A program made the translations under genes and the position numbers. The notes beneath the pieces are model-generated. The model searched no databases, was not told where the DNA came from, and saw only the letters and a program-made list of their open reading frames with translations. Shown here in pieces: positions 58,871-64,000 of a stretch of DNA of 64,000 bases (within the stretch, counting starts at the first letter, position 1; each line of letters starts with the position of its first letter). This stretch comes from Myxococcota bacterium (GTDB taxonomy: Bacteria > Myxococcota_A > UBA796 > SXON01). Where the stretch lies: contig JAZKFH010000039.1 of the NCBI GenBank assembly GCA_040386535.1, positions 64,001 through 128,000 of the forward strand, read 5' to 3'.

Positions 58871-61800
58871 CTAGGCCTCGGGGCGCGGCGACACGGGGAA
58901 GGCCCCGCTGGGGAGCGCGTGGGTCTCGACGCCGCGGAGCTCGGCGAACACGGTGCCGGCGCTGTCCACGAACGCGATGTCGGAGGAGACGGAGCGGCCG
59001 TTGGTCTTGCGGCCGGTGAGCACGCAACGCACCACGCCCGCGGCGGGAGCGCCGTAGGAGAGCCACGCGCCGATCCCGGTGGGGAGCGCGGCGGCGTCGG
59101 TGTGGATGCGGTTCCAGAGGAGCGCGAGCTGAAGGCCGCCGTCGAAGGCGGCGAGATCGGTCTTCCACCCGTTGACCGGCCAGCCGATGTCGTGCGTGCC
59201 GGTCAACGTCGCTTCCATGCCGGCCTTCGACGCCCCGGTGATCGCGCGGATCACCTGGAAGCCGGGGCCGTGGAAGAGGAAGGAGCCGTACACCTCGCCG
59301 AGGGCGTGATCGTAGGCGCCCAGGGCCGCGGGGGAGGGGGCGGCGGGCCGCGCCGGCGTGCGCGCGGCGAGCTCGACGGTGGCGCGGTAGTGCGCGGGGC
59401 CGCCGGCGGTCTTGATCTCCATCGCCAGCTGGTTGGGCGCGGCCTCGGTGGCGCGCACCTCGAAGGCATTGCCGACGCCCTCGAAGGCCGGGAGCGTGAT
59501 GCCCTTGAGCACCTTCAGGTCGCGACACGCCACCGCCACCATGCCGGGGCGCAGCTCCTGCGCGAGCTGCACGAACCACTCGAGCGCGAGCACCACCGGG
59601 AACACCGGGCTGCCCGCGATCGCGTGGTCGCGCAGGAAGGGGTAGTCCTTGGCCTGGACCACGCGGGTGACGGTGCCGGAGGCCGAGGCCGCCGTTGCTG
59701 ACGTTCCCGAGGCCGAGCCCGCCGCGCGCGCCGCCACCGCCGGGGCCGAGGGCGCCTTGGCGGTCGGGGTCTGGGTGGGCTTGGCCTTGGCGCCGCCCGC
59801 CGGCTGGATCATCCCACCGACGACGATCTCGACGGCCCCGGGAGCCGCGAGCTCCGCGACGAACATCTGCGCGCCCACGTCGATCGGGAGGAGGGGAACG
59901 CCCATCGCCGCGAACTGCTTCGCGAGCGCCGGCGTCACCATCCCACCGGCCCACGGGCCCCAGCCGATCGACTTGACGACGCAGCCGGGACGGCGCTTCG
60001 CCTCGCCCGCGGCGACCTTGTTCATCGCCTCGTTCGCCATCGCGTAGTCACACTGGCCGACGTTCCCGCCGCGCGCCGCGACCGACGAGAAGAGGCAGAT
60101 CGCCTTGAGCGGGTCGTTGCTGGTGGCCGCGAACAGGGCGAACATCCCGCCGATCTTCGTATCGTAGACGGCGTCGAACGAGGCATCCGGCTTCTCCGCG
60201 ATGCGCTTGTCCTGGATGACGCCGGCGCCGTGCACGAGGCCGGTGATGGGCCCGAGGTCCTTTCGAACCTTGGTGAACGCCGCTTCGAGCGCGGCGCCGT
60301 CCTGCACGTCGACCGCGAGGTAGCGCACGGTCGAACCCGCCGCTTCCAACGCCGCGATCGTGGCCCGCGCCTCGCGTGCGCCGACGACCGCCGCGGCCCG
60401 GCGGCCGAGCTCCGGCGGGGTGAGGCCCTTCTCCGTCGAGAAGATGGCCTTCTTGATGGCGTTCTCGTCCACCGCGGCCGCGACCGCCGGCGCCTCGGGG
60501 GCGTCGATGCGGGAGCGGCCGAGGAGCACGAACTTCGGCCGGCACGACCGCGCCAGCGTGAGCAGGCACGCCGCCGTGACACCACGCGCGCCGCCGCTGA
60601 CGACGAACACGTCGCTCGGGCCGAAGGCGGGGGCCACCTGGGCGATGTCCACGTCGCGGGCTTCGAGCGTCACGCGGCCGGCGCGGGTCACGCCGACCTC
60701 GACCGGCCCGGACTGGCCGAGCTCGGCGTCGATCCACGCCGCGAGCGTGGCGGGATCGGCCTCAGCCGAGAGGTCGATCGCGCGCACGAACGAGGCGGGG
60801 TGCTCGAGCGCGGCGGTCTTGGTGAAGCCGGCGAGCCCGGCGAGCACCGCGTGGGTGCGGTCGACGCCGGCGAGGCCGAAGTCGCCGCCGGTGGCGGTGA
60901 CCGTGACCCATGCGGTGCCGAGCGCTGCCTTCTTGGCGGCGCGGAACGCCGCCTTGGAGACCGCCACGGCCGTCGTCACATCGGGCACGTTGGAGAGCGC
61001 ACCGAGGAACACGACGCCGCGGGTGCCGTCGAGCTGGTCGAACGAGCGCACCACGGCGTCTACTCCGCGGGCCACGAGGCGCGCGGCGAGGAGCGCGGCC
61101 ACGCCCCGGTCGTCCGGGACGAGCGCGAGCGGGCCGACCTTCACCGCGGAGCCCGCGGCGATGGGGGTGACGAACACCTCCTGACGAAGAGCGGGGGGGA
61201 GCGTCAGGGCGCGCGCCCCCCCACCATCAAAAGGGAGGGGGGTTCCTCCGACGGCGGGAGCGGACTCACCGAGGAAGGCGACGATCTGGCCGAGCGTCTT
61301 GAGCGCGGCCATGCGGTCGGCGTCGACCTCGGGGGTCTCGGGCGCCCGCTCGCGCAGGGCCGAGAGGATCTCGACACGCTTGATGGAGTCGATGCCGAGG
61401 TCGGCCTCGAGGTTCATGTCGAGGTTGAGCATCTCGACCGGGTACCCGGTCTTCTCGCCGACCACCTCGAGGAGGAGGCGGGTGGCGTCCATCGTGGGGG
61501 CGGCGCTGGTCGCGGAGGCCGCGGGGGCCGCCGACGTCGGCATCGTCTCACCCAGGAAGCTGACGATCTGGCCGAGCGTCTTGAGCGCGGCCATGCGGTC
61601 GGCGTCGACCTCCGGGGTCTCCGGAGCACGCTCGCGCAGGGCGGAGAGGATCTCGACGCGCTTGATGGAGTCGATGCCGAGGTCGGCCTCGAGGTTCATG
61701 CCGAGGTTCAACATCTCCACGGGGTAGCCGGTCTTCTCGGCGACCACTTCGAGGAGGAGCTTCGTGGGATCGGCGCCGCTCGGCTTGGCGGCGACGGGGG

Positions 61801-64000
61801 CCGCGACCGGGGCGGCGGAACCCTTCGGTGCGCTCTCCCCCAGGAAGGCGACGATCTGGCCGAGCGTCTTGAGCGCGGCCATGCGGTCGGCGTCGACCTC
61901 GGGGGTCTCCGGGGCCTTCTCGCGCAGCGCCGAGAGGATCTCGACGCGCTTGATCGAGTCGATGCCGAGGTCGGCCTCGAGGTTCATCTCGAGGTTCAAC
62001 ATCTCGGTCGGGTAGCCGGTCTTCTCGGCGACGACCTCGAGGAGCACCTTGGTCAGGTCGACCGCGGGGGCGGCGGCCACCGGAGCGACCGGCGCGGCGC
62101 GCACGGGAGCGACCGGCGCGGGCGCGGCGTACACCGGGGCGGGAGCCGCGGGGGCCGCGTAGACCGGGGCGGGCGCCGCGTACACGGGAGGCGGGGCCGC
62201 GGGCGCCGCGTACACCGGCGCGGGCGCGGCGTACACCGGCGCCGGGAGCGCAGGAGCCGCGTAGACCGGCGCCGCCAGGGTCGGAGCCCAGGGCTGGGCG
62301 GCCGCGAGGGGGGCGCCGGTCACGAGCGACACGAGCGCGCGGGTGGACTCCTCGTGCGAGCGGAGGAACGCGATGTGCGCCTCCGACATCGACCGGGTGA
62401 AGCTCTCCTGCACGTCCGCCATCTGGCGCTGGCTGTCCTGGAAGGCCGCGACCCAGGGGTTCGGGCCCCACGACTGGGCGGGGGCGGGCGCCGGTGTGGC
62501 GACCGGAGTCGCGTGCACTTCGGTGACGGGGGGCGCGACGGGGCGCGAGGCGGCCACCACCGCGCCGGTCGCCGACGGGGTGGGGAGGGGATGCGTGTGG
62601 ACTCCGGTCTTCACGAGGGCGTCCTCCTTGCGTGCGGGCGTGTGGAGCGTGTGGGAGGGGAGCGTCGGCCCGCCGCCGGAGGGCGTCGGGTAGGGCTTCC
62701 CGTAGTTGGAACCGTTGATCTGCACCGCCATCTTCGGCGCCGGAGCCTTCAGGGGATTGGCGTCCCGCTGGGCCCAGAGCGGCTCGAAGCGCACGGGCAG
62801 TCCGAGCGCGGCGGCGCGGCCGAGGGCCGCGAGCAGGGCGTCTACACCCGAGCGGCCCTTCTGGTCCACCGAGAAGGCCTCGTGCGGGCGATCTCCGAGG
62901 ATCCTCGTCACGAGGCCGGAGAGCACGCCGCCGGGGCCGACCTCGATGAACGTGCGCACGCCCGAAACGTACATCGCCTCGACCTGCTCCACGAAGCGGA
63001 CCGGCTTGGCGAGGTGGGCGCCGAGCGCCTCGGCGAGCCCGCTCGGCGCGAGCGTCGCGGCGGTGGTGTTGGACCACACCGGCACGTTGGGCGCGGTGAA
63101 CTCGACGCCGCGCAGGTGCGCCGCGAAGGCCTCGGCGGCCGGGGCCACGATCGGCGAGTGGAAGGCGGTCGCGACGGCGAGGCGGGTGGCGCGGAGGCCC
63201 GCCGTCTTGCAGCGCGCGATCACGGCGTCGACGCCCTCGATCGTGCCCGCGATGACGGTCTGCTCGGGGGCGTTGAGGTTGGCGATGTTGACGCCGTCGA
63301 CCAGGTGGGGGGTCACGTCGGCCGCGGTACCGGTCACCGCGGCCATCGCGCCGGGGGTCTCGCTCGCGCCGGCCATGAGCACGCCGCGGGTGCGGGCGGC
63401 GGTCATCCAGTCGCCGAACGCCATCGAGCCCGCGGCCCAGAGCGCCGTGAGCTCGCCGAAGCTGTGGCCCGCCGTCGCGTCGGGACGGAGCCCGCACACG
63501 GCGAGCATCGCCACCATGGCCGAGCTCGTGGCGCCGATCGCGGGCTGGGCCCACTCGGTGCGCACCAGCAGGGCCTCGTCGCGCGCGCGGTCCTCCTTGG
63601 TGAAGGTGGGGCGCGGGAACAACACGTTCGCGAGCCCGGGCACGGCGGCCTCGGCGTCGTCATAGGCGGCGCGCGCGGCGTCGAAGCGCATCGCGAGGTC
63701 CTTGCCCATGTCGATGTACTGGCTGCCCTGGCCGGGGAACAGGAACGCGACCTGCCCCTTGTCGAACCCGGGGTGGAAGTACACGTGCGCCCGGTGGATG
63801 GGCTTGCCCTCGCGAACGGTCGCGATCGCGCGGTCGAGGATCGGATCGATCGGCTCCTCGACGACCAGCGCGATGCGGAAGGGCTGCTTCGCGTCGAACG
63901 CCTTCTGGCACTCGTACGCGAGCTGGATGAGCGGCTGCCCGCGGGCCGCTTCGAGCTTCGCCACGAGCGCCGCGGCGGTGTCGGCCGAGAACACGAGGAG
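58871..64000 (-). CDS. pfa2: PUFA synthase Pfa2/PfaA-type, 3' part: MAT-ACPx3-KR-PKS-DH (5' end outside the window)
   Basis: FPGQGSQY, GHSFGE, AFHS (MAT); three LEADLGIDSIKRVEI ACPs; SGGARGVT, HGAG, DYAMAN (KR); FLRDHAIAGSPVFP and LFHGPGF (DH). Confidence 0.95.
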   Translation of the reverse strand, partial: LLVFSADTAAALVAKLEAARGQPLIQLAYECQKAFDAKQPFRIALVVEEPIDPILDRAIATVREGKPIHRAHVYFHPGFDKGQVAFLFPGQGSQYIDMGKDLAMRFDAARAAYDDAEAAVPGLANVLFPRPTFTKEDRARDEALLVRTEWAQPAIGATSSAMVAMLAVCGLRPDATAGHSFGELTALWAAGSMAFGDWMTAARTRGVLMAGASETPGAMAAVTGTAADVTPHLVDGVNIANLNAPEQTVIAGTIEGVDAVIARCKTAGLRATRLAVATAFHSPIVAPAAEAFAAHLRGVEFTAPNVPVWSNTTAATLAPSGLAEALGAHLAKPVRFVEQVEAMYVSGVRTFIEVGPGGVLSGLVTRILGDRPHEAFSVDQKGRSGVDALLAALGRAAALGLPVRFEPLWAQRDANPLKAPAPKMAVQINGSNYGKPYPTPSGGGPTLPSHTLHTPARKEDALVKTGVHTHPLPTPSATGAVVAASRPVAPPVTEVHATPVATPAPAPAQSWGPNPWVAAFQDSQRQMADVQESFTRSMSEAHIAFLRSHEESTRALVSLVTGAPLAAAQPWAPTLAAPVYAAPALPAPVYAAPAPVYAAPAAPPPVYAAPAPVYAAPAAPAPVYAAPAPVAPVRAAPVAPVAAAPAVDLTKVLLEVVAEKTGYPTEMLNLEMNLEADLGIDSIKRVEILSALREKAPETPEVDADRMAALKTLGQIVAFLGESAPKGSAAPVAAPVAAKPSGADPTKLLLEVVAEKTGYPVEMLNLGMNLEADLGIDSIKRVEILSALRERAPETPEVDADRMAALKTLGQIVSFLGETMPTSAAPAASATSAAPTMDATRLLLEVVGEKTGYPVEMLNLDMNLEADLGIDSIKRVEILSALRERAPETPEVDADRMAALKTLGQIVAFLGESAPAVGGTPLPFDGGGARALTLPPALRQEVFVTPIAAGSAVKVGPLALVPDDRGVAALLAARLVARGVDAVVRSFDQLDGTRGVVFLGALSNVPDVTTAVAVSKAAFRAAKKAALGTAWVTVTATGGDFGLAGVDRTHAVLAGLAGFTKTAALEHPASFVRAIDLSAEADPATLAAWIDAELGQSGPVEVGVTRAGRVTLEARDVDIAQVAPAFGPSDVFVVSGGARGVTAACLLTLARSCRPKFVLLGRSRIDAPEAPAVAAAVDENAIKKAIFSTEKGLTPPELGRRAAAVVGAREARATIAALEAAGSTVRYLAVDVQDGAALEAAFTKVRKDLGPITGLVHGAGVIQDKRIAEKPDASFDAVYDTKIGGMFALFAATSNDPLKAICLFSSVAARGGNVGQCDYAMANEAMNKVAAGEAKRRPGCVVKSIGWGPWAGGMVTPALAKQFAAMGVPLLPIDVGAQMFVAELAAPGAVEIVVGGMIQPAGGAKAKPTQTPTAKAPSAPAVAARAAGSASGTSATAASASGTVTRVVQAKDYPFLRDHAIAGSPVFPVVLALEWFVQLAQELRPGMVAVACRDLKVLKGITLPAFEGVGNAFEVRATEAAPNQLAMEIKTAGGPAHYRATVELAARTPARPAAPSPAALGAYDHALGEVYGSFLFHGPGFQVIRAITGASKAGMEATLTGTHDIGWPVNGWKTDLAAFDGGLQLALLWNRIHTDAAALPTGIGAWLSYGAPAAGVVRCVLTGRKTNGRSVSSDIAFVDSAGTVFAELRGVETHALPSGAFPVSPRPEA
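61180..61249 (-). other. Candidate -1 ribosomal frameshift signal in pfa2 (SD + slippery heptamer + H-type pseudoknot)
   Basis: GGAGG at 61249-61245, 9 nt, C_CCT_TTT at 61235-61229, -1-frame TGA, 6-nt spacer, S1 G7/C7, S2 CCTGACG/CGTCAGG. Confidence 0.78.
62085..62280 (-). repeat. Imperfect coding repeats (APVYAAP) in the pre-ACP linker of pfa2
   Basis: About 6 PVYAAP units in the translation. Confidence 0.75.

Noticed and set aside
53389..61229. Selenocysteine readthrough of the -1-frame UGA codons in pfa2/pfa3, given tRNA-Sec in the window
   Set aside because: The UGAs are out of frame, and the catalytic domains continue in frame 0. I saw no in-frame UGA selenoprotein candidate in the window; TlpA has Cys-Cys.

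Overview
This is a very GC-rich bacterial window whose gene content suggests Myxococcota or a related deltaproteobacterium: MopE-type Cys/Asp repeat lipoproteins, NHL lipoproteins and a myxobacterial-type PUFA synthase with a fused acyltransferase. From left to right it holds the 5' end of pyruvate kinase, a FAN1/VRR-NUC nuclease, a small HTH protein, an SCP2-type thiolase, a large TSP3-repeat secreted protein, an HD phosphohydrolase and a Cys-less caspase-like protein. Next come tRNA-Sec with a small accessory islet, YceI/cytochrome/beta-barrel genes, an NtrC-type regulator, TlpA plus a DUF6029-like protein, a surface-lipoprotein cluster containing a Bpt/Ate transferase, sbcDC and a hybrid kinase. 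The right half has a complete oleABCD olefin operon, hemH, a PMT-family glycosyltransferase, a MopE-repeat C-type lectin lipoprotein, a four-gene membrane operon, and pfa3 with the 3' part of pfa2. The main finding is that both pfa genes carry the identical 14-mer TCCCTTTTGATGGT in an inter-domain linker. It contains a C_CCU_UUU slippery heptamer with UGA directly in the -1 frame, then a 6-nt spacer and a strong stem or H-type pseudoknot; pfa2 also has an internal GGAGG 9 nt upstream. This is the dnaX/copA-type architecture for -1 programmed frameshifting. It would give truncated Pfa2 (no KR/DH) and truncated Pfa3 (no terminal DH-like/acyltransferase part) alongside the full-length proteins. 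This is inferred from sequence and untested. All family assignments are from motif recognition; no database searches were run.
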